Source: a virus. Taken from it: a DNA stretch of 64,000 nucleotides. A program made the position numbers and the translations under genes. Below are positions 1-9,992 of the stretch, in pieces. Numbering within the stretch: the stretch's first letter is position 1; every line of letters starts with the position of its first letter. The stretch covers positions 1-64,000 of IMG/VR virus record IMGVR_UViG_3300033146_004128; one strand, 5' to 3'. A model generated the notes under the pieces. The model did no database searches. It was given only the letters and a program-made list of their open reading frames with translations, and was not told the DNA's origin.

Positions 1-1
1 A

Positions 2-283
2 CAGTTTGACAAGATCACAGCACAGAGGAAAGTAAGCGAGCCTGTAGTACCTATCCGCACAAGAGCCCTCAAGGAGTTCGGACTTGGTAAAGTATTCTTT
101 GCGTTTAAGGATACCAGCTCGGATACTAAAATACATGCCTGCCTATTTGGAGACTATGGGTCACTGTATGATTACAATAGGAACAAGTATATAGACAAGG
201 TTACTGCAGATAAGGTATGGAAGTACATCGAGAAAAACTTTGACGAAATAGTCGAGAACTTTAAAAGCGGGAAGGTTAAGTGA
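2..283 (+). CDS. hypothetical protein, 5'-truncated
   Basis: Open frame from the window edge (QFDKITAQRK...ENFKSGKVK*); its TGA overlaps the dnaB start. Confidence 0.75.
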   Translation, partial: QFDKITAQRKVSEPVVPIRTRALKEFGLGKVFFAFKDTSSDTKIHACLFGDYGSLYDYNRNKYIDKVTADKVWKYIEKNFDEIVENFKSGKVK

Positions 284-1620
284 TGGTAAGCATGAACACA
301 ATAAACGCAGAGAAGAGTATATGCTCCTCTCTTATGTTTAAGAACGCAGATGCAGAAGCATTGCTAGGCGTGCTTCTACCGGACCATTTCTTCGATGAAA
401 CGTGCCGGTCCATATACGAGCTTGCCTTAGAGGCATATTTGACTAGAGGCCCATTCTCAGACGCTTTTGTGTTGTCAAAGATAAAAAACAAAGAGCAAGA
501 GATATTAGACATATCTTTTATGAGTCCTGTCGGAAGGGACACACTTGTACTGCTGGCTGATAATATAATATCAGCGTACAACAATAGGAGCATGCTTGTA
601 AAGCTTGAGGAAGTTAAGAAAGCTGTAATGGAGGGTAGAGATTATTCTCTTGAAGATCTAAAGAAAAATACCGTACATGCTGAAGTCAACATAAGAGGCA
701 ATAAAGATATTATCAAAGTCATGCAGTCTAGGATTGACAATCCTGTAAATGATCACGGTACAGGACTTGAGGAAGTAGATAGGTATCTTAATCTTGAGCC
801 AGGAAACCTAATTGTGATAGCTGCGAGGCCAAGTATGGGTAAAACAGGTCTTGTTGCAACTATCATATGGCACCTGCTAAACAATACAGAGGGTAGCCTA
901 TTCTTCTCCCTAGAGATGCCGTCAGAAGCTATCATGATGAGAATGCTTGCAAACGAATCAGGAGAGAATCTTGGCGACATAAGACACAACAAAATAGTTG
1001 ATTATTCAGAATACTCAAAGACAATAGATAGATTATCCAAATCATCGGATTTTGTGCTCATAGATGATGCTATGGATCATGTAGGTATATACAACACTGC
1101 TATGTCCCTCATACGAAAAAGACCTAATATTAAAAATATATTTATAGATCACCTGACATACATAAAGGATCCAGGCGGATATGCAAATAACCACCTGAGA
1201 ATAGGTGATATAACCAAGACTCTTAAGAGACTCGCAAAAGAGCTAGGTGTAAAAGTATGGCTGTTGTCTCAGCTAAGCAGAGGAATAGAGTCAAGACCGA
1301 ACAAAAGACCTCAGTTGTCTGACATGAGGGAGTCAGGATCGATAGAGGAAGATGCTGACGTTATTCTTGGAATATATAGAGAGTCATACTATACATCAAG
1401 AGAGACAGCAGAAAGGGAATTGCCAATTAACGAAGTAGAGATACTTGTCCTTAAAAATAGGGACGGAGAAGTTGGTGGCGCAAAGACAATGTTTGTTGGC
1501 CCACAAGTCAAGTTTACAGACAGTGGTAATGGGCACCACGGAGCTGCAGAGGTTGTTGAGTATGAATATGTGGAGAGCGACATAGATACAGGTTCTATAT
1601 CTATGCCTGCGATTGACTAG
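280..1620 (+). CDS. dnaB: replicative DNA helicase, DnaB family
   Basis: Walker A ARPSMGKT, FFSLEM, IDHL, LSQLSR, RPQLSDMRESGSIEEDAD; start is GTG280 or ATG283. Confidence 0.96.
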   Translation: MMVSMNTINAEKSICSSLMFKNADAEALLGVLLPDHFFDETCRSIYELALEAYLTRGPFSDAFVLSKIKNKEQEILDISFMSPVGRDTLVLLADNIISAYNNRSMLVKLEEVKKAVMEGRDYSLEDLKKNTVHAEVNIRGNKDIIKVMQSRIDNPVNDHGTGLEEVDRYLNLEPGNLIVIAARPSMGKTGLVATIIWHLLNNTEGSLFFSLEMPSEAIMMRMLANESGENLGDIRHNKIVDYSEYSKTIDRLSKSSDFVLIDDAMDHVGIYNTAMSLIRKRPNIKNIFIDHLTYIKDPGGYANNHLRIGDITKTLKRLAKELGVKVWLLSQLSRGIESRPNKRPQLSDMRESGSIEEDADVILGIYRESYYTSRETAERELPINEVEILVLKNRDGEVGGAKTMFVGPQVKFTDSGNGHHGAAEVVEYEYVESDIDTGSISMPAID

Positions 1621-1622
1621 GT

Positions 1623-2069
1623 ATGAATTTATCATATTATGTCCCAAGCCACAGAGTCGCTGAGTTCAAAGAATACTTGGCATCAAAGGGTTACTCTGGT
1701 GAGAGCATATCTGAAGATAACATAAGAGAGTGTGCTTCGTGTTTTATATATGGTGATGAGAAGAAAGAAGTCTCAGAAGTAAGCGAAGTCAAAAAAGAGA
1801 AAAGTGAACAGGAGGTTTTCGGTGAAGTAATTAAGTCAAAATTTAGTAATATAGTGTGGGATGATGTAGATGAAGTTGTCTGGATGCCAGCAGTAACGAA
1901 AGATACATCTGACAGCGTTTTCTCTATAGAGCTTTGGTCATTAGGAAGCGTGGTAAAGAGATTAGTTCTTAGGAACAAAGACAAATCATTGAGGTTTCTG
2001 GCATACCTTAGTGGAATTTTTATAAAGGAGATAGATGAAAACGGTCAACGGAATATCCATAGTAGGTAA
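1623..2069 (+). CDS. hypothetical protein
   Basis: 148-aa ORF directly after dnaB; no motif recognised. Confidence 0.75.
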   Translation: MNLSYYVPSHRVAEFKEYLASKGYSGESISEDNIRECASCFIYGDEKKEVSEVSEVKKEKSEQEVFGEVIKSKFSNIVWDDVDEVVWMPAVTKDTSDSVFSIELWSLGSVVKRLVLRNKDKSLRFLAYLSGIFIKEIDENGQRNIHSR

Positions 2070-2247
2070 AACTTTTGGAGATATAGGTGCAGAGATGTCT
2101 GCTGTAACAGGAACAACTGGTGAAAAGCCAAAATATATAGTTGTAGATATTGATCAGCATGAAGAAATGTTAGGTATGGATAATGTTAAAATTAAACAGG
2201 GTAGAGTTCTAAAATACAAAGGAATGAGCGTCGTAGTGACGCTCTAG
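2035..2247 (+). CDS. hypothetical protein
   Basis: 70-aa ORF with AAGGAG RBS. Confidence 0.7.
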   Translation: MKTVNGISIVGKTFGDIGAEMSAVTGTTGEKPKYIVVDIDQHEEMLGMDNVKIKQGRVLKYKGMSVVVTL

Positions 2248-2250
2248 TCC

Positions 2251-2508
2251 TTAGTTTACTGCTTTGGAGAAACCTGCTCCAGCTTTGAATCGAATAATGT
2301 TTTTATCGATCTTGTATTCTTTCCCGTGTAGCTTACTTGTTCTTTTGAACGGCTTCACTGTGAATGATCCGAAGTTGATGATAGACAGGCTACCATTCTC
2401 TGAAGTAACTTTCTCTATTGAACCAGTTACAGATTTTACAATCTTTGATGCTTCTGTCTTGGTAACTCCAAGATCAGCAGCAACTACATCTACTAAACGT
2501 GTACTCAT
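2251..2508 (-). CDS. hup: HU/IHF-family histone-like DNA-binding protein
   Basis: LSIINFGSFTVK...IRFKAGAGFSKAVN matches the HU signature; AAGGA RBS and its own promoter. Confidence 0.9.
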   Translation of the reverse strand: MSTRLVDVVAADLGVTKTEASKIVKSVTGSIEKVTSENGSLSIINFGSFTVKPFKRTSKLHGKEYKIDKNIIRFKAGAGFSKAVN

Positions 2509-2543
2509 GTTATGTCCTTGCTTTGATTTTTTATAGCAAGGTA

Positions 2544-2552
2544 ATTATACCA
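2544..2552 (-). promoter_or_regulatory. extended -10 promoter (TGGTATAAT) for the HU gene
   Basis: Consensus TGnTATAAT on the - strand about 36 nt upstream of the HU start. Confidence 0.7.
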
Positions 2553-2575
2553 CAAAACCCCTAAAGGAGGGAATT

Positions 2576-3031
2576 ATGAGTTATTTATATAAGCTCGCAA
2601 CACAAAATACAAAAATATCAAAGGTTAATCCAGATGCAATCGTAAAAGATACATCCGGTTTTATGAAGGCAATAATCGATTCAATAAGTGAAGGTGATAT
2701 GATCACCTCTGCTATCAACTTCTATGGTCTAGCACACTACGCAAGAAGAGTGTATATTGGAAAAAACACATATCCAAATACCATAGAAGATGCAAGAGAT
2801 TTTGCAGACGCCACAGAGTATTACACAGAGACACTAAAAGAAGCGTCAACAATGATACATGCTATGCTCATGGAAAAATACGGCAGCCTTATTCCGGCAG
2901 ACATAATGCAGGCAGTCGCTACATATGCGTCGGAGGAGAAGAAATTGTCAGAGAAGAAGATTGTGAAACACATAGAATCACTTATTCCTTCTCCCAGAGT
3001 CAAAACAAATGACAAGAGAGGAAGAAAATGA
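2576..3031 (+). CDS. hypothetical protein
   Basis: 151 aa, AGGAGG RBS, ATGA-coupled to nrdA. Confidence 0.8.
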   Translation: MSYLYKLATQNTKISKVNPDAIVKDTSGFMKAIIDSISEGDMITSAINFYGLAHYARRVYIGKNTYPNTIEDARDFADATEYYTETLKEASTMIHAMLMEKYGSLIPADIMQAVATYASEEKKLSEKKIVKHIESLIPSPRVKTNDKRGRK

Positions 3032-5628
3032 AGATAAAAGTAAAAAAGAAAAACGGATCCACTCAACCGTACAATAGAGAAAAGGTTATCGAGACTCTCG
3101 GATTCTCATCGGACAATACTCTCACAGATAATGAGATAGAGAGTTTTATTGAAGCAGTAGAGAGCAGAGTGTACGACGGTGTAACCACTGCTGACATACA
3201 AGTAATGCTTATAGATCATGCAAAAAAAGTGGGTTCAGAGAAGAACAACAAAGAGATACTTGAAGTGTCAAATCAGTTGATCATGAACGACTTGCACCAT
3301 ATAGCAAAGAGACCTTTTGAGAAGGTAGCTAGGATTACTCAAGTAACTAAGCGAAGTGGATATAAAGCACCAATGGATCTATCAAAGCTTGTCGACAAAG
3401 CAAAGGATGCAGTAAAAGGTCTTAGCGGAGTTAGCGCATCAGAACTTGTTATCGATAGTCATATATCATGGAAGGAAGGTATTACCACTGAAGAATTGCA
3501 GGAGGCAATGGTCAGAACAGCAGTAGATAAAATATCTGAACCTGCAGCAAACTGGACGTATGTTGCAGCAAGACTTGCGCTAGATGGAATCTACCATAGG
3601 GTAGGAAAAATATTCGGGAGCAAAAAAGGAGAACCGTATGTTCATATGAAAAAGTACATAGAGTTCGCATTGACAACCGGAAAGTATCATAGGGAATTTT
3701 ACAAGAAGTACGATCTTGACGATCTTGACAGCTATATAAAGCCAGAAAGAGATATGCAATTTACATATCTTGGTATCAAGACACTCATGGACAGATATGC
3801 CTTGAAGACAAGCGATGAGAAGGTTATTGAACTGCCACAACATATGTTTATGGCAATCGCAATGTTTCTTGCGCAGAATGAAACAAATAGACAATACTGG
3901 GCCAAAAAGTTCTATGACATCCTAAGCCTGTTTGAGGTTATGGCTGCAACACCAACACTATCCAATGCTAGACTTGCCCATCATCAATTATCTAGCTGCT
4001 TTGTTGGATCAAATGATGACTCGCTACTTGGTATCTTTGATGGATACAAAGAGAAAGCATCCTTGTCTAAGCTTGGTGGTGGAGTTGGATGGGACTGGAG
4101 TCAGGTGCGTGCATATGATAGCTCTATTGCATCATATGAAGGAGTTGCCAAGGGGCTTAGACCGTTCCTTAAGATTGATAATGATATTGCTCTAGCAGTA
4201 GATCAGCTTGGTACACGAAATGGTGCGTTCGCAGAGTATGTCCCTGACTGGCACATGGATGTACTTAACCTTATTAAGATGAGAGATAATGGTGGAGAAG
4301 AGAGACATAGAGCACAAGATATATTCCCTGCCGTGTGGTATAGTGACGAGTTTATGCGTCGTGAAGCTGCGGATGAAATGTGGACTCTGTTTGACCCGTA
4401 TGATGTGCCACATCTAAATGAGGTATACGGTGATGAGTTTACTCGTCTATATCTTGAAGCAGAGAAGAATCCGAATATACGCAAGGAAAAAATAAGAGCA
4501 AGAGAGCTGCAGATGGAAATCATGCAGTCAGCGTATAAGCACGGTGTACCGTTTGCTGGGTTCAAGGATACTGCGAACAGGGATAATAAAAATAAGCATG
4601 TCGGAATGATACGATCATCAAACCTCTGTACGGAGATCTTCCAGGTAACAGAGCCAGAAAGAGATATGTATGATATTCTAATGAGAGATCCGGATGGTGG
4701 AGAAGACCCTGTAATAATCACGATGTCAGCGTTCGAGACTATTGTTACAGAAAATGGCACAAAGAGAATCAAATACGTAGAAGAAGGTGATGTCATCGAT
4801 GGCATGGTTGTGTATGCTATTGTGCAGAGTAGATCAGAAGGGAAGACGGCTATATGTAACCTTGCATCTGCGAACCTATCTAGACTTACTCATCTAAGTA
4901 AAGAAGACTTCTTTGAAAAGGTTTATGTTGCTACAAGGATGCTAGACAACGTTATAGACGTTAACCTGTACCCGTCAGACAAGATACGCAACACAGCAAT
5001 CGCATCAAGAGCTATTGGACTTGGAGCAATGGGTGAAGCAGAAGATATTGCGAACAGAAGAATCCATTATGGATCAGAAGAGCACATTGAGTATATTGAG
5101 AAATATTACGGATGGCTACAAGAGGCAGCAATAATCGCATCAGAAAAGCTGGCAGAAGAGAAAGGTGCATATCCTGAGTGGGAAGGATCAGAGTGGGAAA
5201 ATCCTATGCGTAATGGATATCTTATGGCCATTGCTCCAACAAGCTCAATCTCTATACTTACAGGTACAACATCATGCTTTGAGGCTGTGTTTAAAAGATC
5301 ATGGTTTGAGGAGAATCTGTCAGGCATGACTCCGGTAACAGCTCCTAACCTAAACACAGAGAACTATGCGTTCTATGTATCTGCATATGACATTCCACAG
5401 GATGTATCAATAGAGACTCATGCCGTAAGAACTAAGTTCTTTGATCAAGGAGGATCATTTAACTTTTTCGTAAAACCGTCAGACGATGTAGATATCAAAT
5501 ATCTTGCAGAACTGTATAGGCTAGCATGGATGTCTGGTCTTAAGTCAGTATACTATGTGCGATCAAATGCACCAGAAGAAGAGGCACAAGCTATTGACCG
5601 TAGCTTTGAATGTGCCGGATGTCAATAG
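3028..5628 (+). CDS. nrdA: class Ia ribonucleotide reductase alpha subunit with two N-terminal ATP cones
   Basis: LSSCF, SSNLCTE, AICNL, APTSSIS, YYVR and C-terminal CAGC; two ATP-cone starts (KVKKKNG, QVTKRSG). Confidence 0.96.
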   Translation: MKIKVKKKNGSTQPYNREKVIETLGFSSDNTLTDNEIESFIEAVESRVYDGVTTADIQVMLIDHAKKVGSEKNNKEILEVSNQLIMNDLHHIAKRPFEKVARITQVTKRSGYKAPMDLSKLVDKAKDAVKGLSGVSASELVIDSHISWKEGITTEELQEAMVRTAVDKISEPAANWTYVAARLALDGIYHRVGKIFGSKKGEPYVHMKKYIEFALTTGKYHREFYKKYDLDDLDSYIKPERDMQFTYLGIKTLMDRYALKTSDEKVIELPQHMFMAIAMFLAQNETNRQYWAKKFYDILSLFEVMAATPTLSNARLAHHQLSSCFVGSNDDSLLGIFDGYKEKASLSKLGGGVGWDWSQVRAYDSSIASYEGVAKGLRPFLKIDNDIALAVDQLGTRNGAFAEYVPDWHMDVLNLIKMRDNGGEERHRAQDIFPAVWYSDEFMRREAADEMWTLFDPYDVPHLNEVYGDEFTRLYLEAEKNPNIRKEKIRARELQMEIMQSAYKHGVPFAGFKDTANRDNKNKHVGMIRSSNLCTEIFQVTEPERDMYDILMRDPDGGEDPVIITMSAFETIVTENGTKRIKYVEEGDVIDGMVVYAIVQSRSEGKTAICNLASANLSRLTHLSKEDFFEKVYVATRMLDNVIDVNLYPSDKIRNTAIASRAIGLGAMGEAEDIANRRIHYGSEEHIEYIEKYYGWLQEAAIIASEKLAEEKGAYPEWEGSEWENPMRNGYLMAIAPTSSISILTGTTSCFEAVFKRSWFEENLSGMTPVTAPNLNTENYAFYVSAYDIPQDVSIETHAVRTKFFDQGGSFNFFVKPSDDVDIKYLAELYRLAWMSGLKSVYYVRSNAPEEEAQAIDRSFECAGCQ

Positions 5629-5639
5629 GAGGAAAATTG

Positions 5640-6728
5640 ATGAACAAAAAATATAACACTTGCGATGAAAAAAAGGTGACTCTAGACACTGTTGTCTATG
5701 AGGCTCCACTGTTTAATCCGAACCCACTGCAGCACTCATCTGAAGCTGCACCAATGGGTTCAAACGTTGATGGGATAATTGACCCAACAAACAGCAGACA
5801 CCAATGGGCTCAGAATTTATACTCTGTGATGAGAGGTAATGACTGGGGGCCAGAAGAGGTAGATATGTCAAGTGATGGCATTGAGTACCTGAAACTAGAC
5901 CTGGTAGAAAGAACTGCATACGACAAGGCGATAGCCGCACTAATCTTTAACGATAGTGCACAGACAAGAAACCTTGCAGGAAGCATGCTTCCATTTGTTA
6001 CAGATGGTAATATTGTAACGTGTATGTCTAGGCAGATTGCAGATGAGGCATTACACTCAGTATCATATGATGTGATGCTGAAAGATGTATCTCCAAACCG
6101 AGAAGAGATATATAAAATGTATCTAACAGATCCTGTTCTCCAGAAGAGAGACTTGTATCTTGAGGATATGTATGCTGATCTTGCATACTCCAATCATGAA
6201 GGAGTAACGATAAGACAGCTCATTAGGGCAATCATTGCGAACAACATACTTGAAGGCATAATGTTCTATGCAGGGTTTATTTACTTTTGGTTCCTTGGTG
6301 AAAGGATGAAGGGGTCAGCACAGATGATATCATTTATCGCTCGTGATGAACGTACTCATGTATTGCTGTTCCGTCAGATAATGACAAGCATGATGAAGTC
6401 GTACCCTGCAGTATCAAAGTTTGAAGTAGAGAAGATTGCTAGGGAAATGGTGATGGATAGCATTGAGCTTGAAATTGAGTGGCTACATTATATTACAGAA
6501 GGAAAAATTGCAGAGTTCAATGATGCAACCATCTCTAGATATATTCATGGAAAGGGTGATGAACTTATGGCAGGAATGGGGTTCAGTACAATATACAATG
6601 ACCCTGCGAGTCCGCTAATAGCATACGAGAAAAAGTATGACAACCCAAATAAGATCAAGTCGAACTTTTTCGAGTCTCGACCTAAAACATATACAGCTAC
6701 AAGACTATCGTCTGATGGCTACCTATAA
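5640..6728 (+). CDS. nrdB: class Ia ribonucleotide reductase beta subunit
   Basis: FNDSAQ, DEALHSVSY (radical Tyr present), ILEGIMFYAGF, RDERTH, NFFE; start set at ATG5640 after AGGAGG. Confidence 0.95.
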   Translation: MNKKYNTCDEKKVTLDTVVYEAPLFNPNPLQHSSEAAPMGSNVDGIIDPTNSRHQWAQNLYSVMRGNDWGPEEVDMSSDGIEYLKLDLVERTAYDKAIAALIFNDSAQTRNLAGSMLPFVTDGNIVTCMSRQIADEALHSVSYDVMLKDVSPNREEIYKMYLTDPVLQKRDLYLEDMYADLAYSNHEGVTIRQLIRAIIANNILEGIMFYAGFIYFWFLGERMKGSAQMISFIARDERTHVLLFRQIMTSMMKSYPAVSKFEVEKIAREMVMDSIELEIEWLHYITEGKIAEFNDATISRYIHGKGDELMAGMGFSTIYNDPASPLIAYEKKYDNPNKIKSNFFESRPKTYTATRLSSDGYL

Positions 6729-6738
6729 GGAGAATAAA

Positions 6739-7179
6739 ATGAGTGATTTTACAACAGTACCGGACAACAAAACAGAGGGTATCATTAGATACAAAGGCAG
6801 AAAATGTGGTGTATATACACTTGGAAAAGATGAAGTTGAGGTAGACATTTCAACTGCAACAGGACAGAATGCGTGGGAGAATGAATTTGGTGAAGATAAA
6901 GAAAAGATCAATGCCTTCTTTAATGTACAGGATACCACTGAAGATGTTCAGACTGCACCACCGGTTGACGAACCAACTGCTGAAGTAGATGATGTTGATG
7001 AAGAAAAACTGTGGAGGGATGATCTGCTGAGACGTGCCGGAGATGACAATATAGCAACTGTATTGAAAAATGGTAACGGAAGGATCTACGAGGGACCACC
7101 AACAGAAGAGAATATTAAGGAGGTTCTTGCCCTAGAAGATGTTGCAGAGGTGCTCAATGCCAACAGTCAAGGTAATTAG
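6739..7179 (+). CDS. hypothetical acidic protein
   Basis: AAGGAG RBS before ATG6739. Confidence 0.75.
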   Translation: MSDFTTVPDNKTEGIIRYKGRKCGVYTLGKDEVEVDISTATGQNAWENEFGEDKEKINAFFNVQDTTEDVQTAPPVDEPTAEVDDVDEEKLWRDDLLRRAGDDNIATVLKNGNGRIYEGPPTEENIKEVLALEDVAEVLNANSQGN

Positions 7180-7546
7180 TAGTAATGGTCTTGTAGGAAT
7201 AGAGTACAATGGGGAGAAGCTGTTTAACCTGTGTCCGCATGTGGTAAAAGTTATGCTGTCAGAGAAAGACAATGAGATAGCAATTATACCGCAAAGTGGA
7301 ATGGTGGCAAGAATAAATAAGCTACCCCCTGACATGGAAAAACATGCAGGACTAAGTATATCCAGAGAGGTATATGGAGAAGTGTATGGAATCCCGGATC
7401 CGATAGACAATGCTCTTTTTATCGTGTCTGGTCCGGTAATAAACATGTTAAACGACTCACGCAATGATGTTGTTGCCATAGGAAGGCAACTAAGAAATGA
7501 TAACGGAGACTCGGTCTCAGCAATGGGACTTAGGAGACAATTTTAA
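7157..7546 (+). CDS. conserved phage hypothetical protein (NL[CT]PH type)
   Basis: NLCPH...IPQSGMVARI...GIPDP...FIVS...RNDNG resembles a common phage family of unknown function. Confidence 0.6.
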   Translation: MPTVKVISSNGLVGIEYNGEKLFNLCPHVVKVMLSEKDNEIAIIPQSGMVARINKLPPDMEKHAGLSISREVYGEVYGIPDPIDNALFIVSGPVINMLNDSRNDVVAIGRQLRNDNGDSVSAMGLRRQF

Positions 7547-7558
7547 ATAGGAGGGAAT

Positions 7559-7729
7559 ATGATATATGTATCAAGCGCAATGTTTATATGGTACCTTACT
7601 GTAACTATCGCTACGATATATGGGATGGCAGTAGAACAGAAGGCAAATAAATTTGATGTTGATGTAGGTTTTATTATCGGACCCTTACTTACCTTTTGTG
7701 CAGCTTTTATTATGGTTAAGAGTTTCTAA
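7559..7729 (+). CDS. small membrane protein (56 aa)
   Basis: GGAGG RBS, two hydrophobic stretches; below the ORF-track cutoff. Confidence 0.65.
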   Translation: MIYVSSAMFIWYLTVTIATIYGMAVEQKANKFDVDVGFIIGPLLTFCAAFIMVKSF

Positions 7730-7923
7730 TGAAATACAGAGTAATGACAGCAAGAAACTCCATATCATTGACTATTGAGGAGGCTATTGTCGAGGCATCA
7801 TCGGAAGAAGATGCAAGGCAAAAAGTATTAAGCGGAGACTGCCTTGAAGTGGATATTATCGAGTGCTCTGATCTTTCAGAGTTATCTAATGAGATAGTAT
7901 CTGTCTTAAAAATAGAAGAGTAA
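7729..7923 (+). CDS. small acidic protein, DpnD/PcfM-like motif
   Basis: KYRV...IVEASSEEDARQKV. Confidence 0.6.
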   Translation: MKYRVMTARNSISLTIEEAIVEASSEEDARQKVLSGDCLEVDIIECSDLSELSNEIVSVLKIEE

Positions 7924-7938
7924 GCATAAAAGGAGGCT

Positions 7939-9552
7939 GTGATGATAAAGAGTTTAACACTTGAAACTCTAAAACAAACTGTAGATATAGTTGAAGTCGC
8001 AGAACTCTATGTGGAGCTTAAGAAGGCCGGAGGATTGTTTGTGGGGTTTTCTCCATTTCAGTCTGAAAAGACACCAAGCTTTAAGGTTACGCCATCGAAA
8101 GATATGTGGCATGATTTTAGCTCAGGGCAAGGTGGAGATGCAATAAAACTTGTACAGAGCGTAGAGGGACTAACATTCCCTGAGGCCGTAGAGAAACTGT
8201 GCGACATGTACAACATTGTCGTTGAGTATGATAGTAAAAACAAGCAAGAGAGAATAAGTTCAACACCACTTGAGATATATAAAGACTGGTGCGTAGATAG
8301 ACTTATGGACAATGATGTAGCTATGAAATATCTCATAGATAGAGGAGTTACACCAGAGTCAATAAAAGATTTTGAGATAGGATATTCTCCAGGATCAAGA
8401 GATGTTATAAATTTTGTAAGAAGTAGTGTTATAAATGAAAGCGATGCAGTAAGTCTAGGGATAATAGATATTGGAGACAATGGGCTGTACGCAAGATTTA
8501 TTGATCGGATAATGTTCCCAATCAGGGATCATACCGGTAAACTATGTGGGTATAGCGGAAGAACGATAGGCAATCACCCTGCCAAGTACGTTAATACAAA
8601 GGACACTCCATTATTCCATAAGTCATCTCTTATGTATGGATTCGACAAAGCAAAAGAAACTATAAGTAAAAAGAATTTCTTTGTTCTTAGTGAGGGCCAG
8701 ATGGATGTAGTGATGCAACATCAGGTTGGAATAAAATATTCATTCGCATCAATGGGAACCGCACTAACTGCAAATCACGTAAAGATATTATCCCGGTATG
8801 CAAAGAAGGGAATTATAGCTTATGACGGAGACAGCGCAGGAATAAAGGCTGCGTTCAAGGCAGCTGAGCTATTCATAAGGTCTATGATAGATGTCAAGGT
8901 CGTTATTTTTGATGATGGGGAGGATCCGGCAGACCTTATAGCGGAAAGTAGGACAGAAGAGATACTTGAGCGAATGAAGAATGGTGTGCCTGCTATACGA
9001 TTTTGTATAGATAGGCTCTTAATAGGGTACGATCTAAAAAACCCATTCGATAAGACAAATGCGTATAACGATATAGAAAAATTCTCAAGCTCAATGACTC
9101 CAATAGTCAAGAAGGCAATAATCGAAGAAGCGTCTAAGTTCATAGGAATAATGACCTCTGAGAAGAAGCACGACATTGTAAGAGAGAATAGAAATATCGG
9201 CATGATAGAGATGAGAGAGCGAGAGCTTATAAAGGCGGCGATACTCTCAGGAAAGAAAGAGGACATAGATGTAATACTTGAGGTAAAGAAGTGCTTCTCC
9301 CTTAAGGACGAGTTGGAAATGTTAAAGAATATGGAGTTTGATAACTCAGCTCTTACTGAGATATTTCTAGACGAAGATACTGTTCCGTCAGGAAACATAG
9401 ATGCAGATATTGTCCTGTTTAAAATATGGTGCATGAAGAGATTCGTGTCTAGAATGCAATCAAGTTTGTCTATGCCCATAGAGGCTAAGATAACAAAAAT
9501 TAGAGAGGCTCAGGCAAAGATACTTGAGCTGGAAGAAAAGGCAAGGAGGTAG
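7939..9552 (+). CDS. dnaG: DNA primase, DnaG family, with degenerate Zn-binding domain
   Basis: EKTPSF, RIMFPI, YSGR, KYVNT, TOPRIM SEGQMDV and AYDGDSAG, EDPAD. Confidence 0.95.
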   Translation: MMIKSLTLETLKQTVDIVEVAELYVELKKAGGLFVGFSPFQSEKTPSFKVTPSKDMWHDFSSGQGGDAIKLVQSVEGLTFPEAVEKLCDMYNIVVEYDSKNKQERISSTPLEIYKDWCVDRLMDNDVAMKYLIDRGVTPESIKDFEIGYSPGSRDVINFVRSSVINESDAVSLGIIDIGDNGLYARFIDRIMFPIRDHTGKLCGYSGRTIGNHPAKYVNTKDTPLFHKSSLMYGFDKAKETISKKNFFVLSEGQMDVVMQHQVGIKYSFASMGTALTANHVKILSRYAKKGIIAYDGDSAGIKAAFKAAELFIRSMIDVKVVIFDDGEDPADLIAESRTEEILERMKNGVPAIRFCIDRLLIGYDLKNPFDKTNAYNDIEKFSSSMTPIVKKAIIEEASKFIGIMTSEKKHDIVRENRNIGMIEMRERELIKAAILSGKKEDIDVILEVKKCFSLKDELEMLKNMEFDNSALTEIFLDEDTVPSGNIDADIVLFKIWCMKRFVSRMQSSLSMPIEAKITKIREAQAKILELEEKARR

Positions 9553-9556
9553 TCAT

Positions 9557-9799
9557 ATGGCTACAGGAAACGAGAAGATCAATGCAATAAACAGTTTAGT
9601 TGCAGGGGGTTATGACGTAAATATTAGAGGATCAGATGACAACACAATAACTGTCATATCTGTGAGCAAAAATGAGTCTGAGGTAGGATATTTTATCGAT
9701 AAGACAATACACGTAGGTAAAAGTCACCAGAAGAAAATAGTGTCTGCGTGGGATATCTTTACGGAAGAAGTACAACACGGGTGGCCAGAAAATGATTAG
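9557..9799 (+). CDS. hypothetical protein
   Basis: GGAGG RBS before ATG9557. Confidence 0.7.
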   Translation: MATGNEKINAINSLVAGGYDVNIRGSDDNTITVISVSKNESEVGYFIDKTIHVGKSHQKKIVSAWDIFTEEVQHGWPEND

Positions 9800-9992
9800 T
9801 CCATGGTACATGCTTATGTCAGCGTACATGGGTGGAAGTTTTGTTGTTATGTTCTTCTGGATGTCGAACGACACAGGTTCAAAAGAAGAGGTGTCATTAT
9901 ATAGAAAAATGATATTCCTATGGCCGGTAATAGCGATTGCTGTTATGGTTTATAGATTATATAATCAAATAATTGGAGAAACAGATGGGTAA
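9792..9992 (+). CDS. small membrane protein
   Basis: Two hydrophobic segments, coupled to neighbours. Confidence 0.7.
   Translation: MISPWYMLMSAYMGGSFVVMFFWMSNDTGSKEEVSLYRKMIFLWPVIAIAVMVYRLYNQIIGETDG

Noticed and set aside
4639-4848. Functional intein in nrdA
   Set aside because: Too short, with no N-terminal Cys/Ser nucleophile and no His-Asn-Cys C-terminal junction
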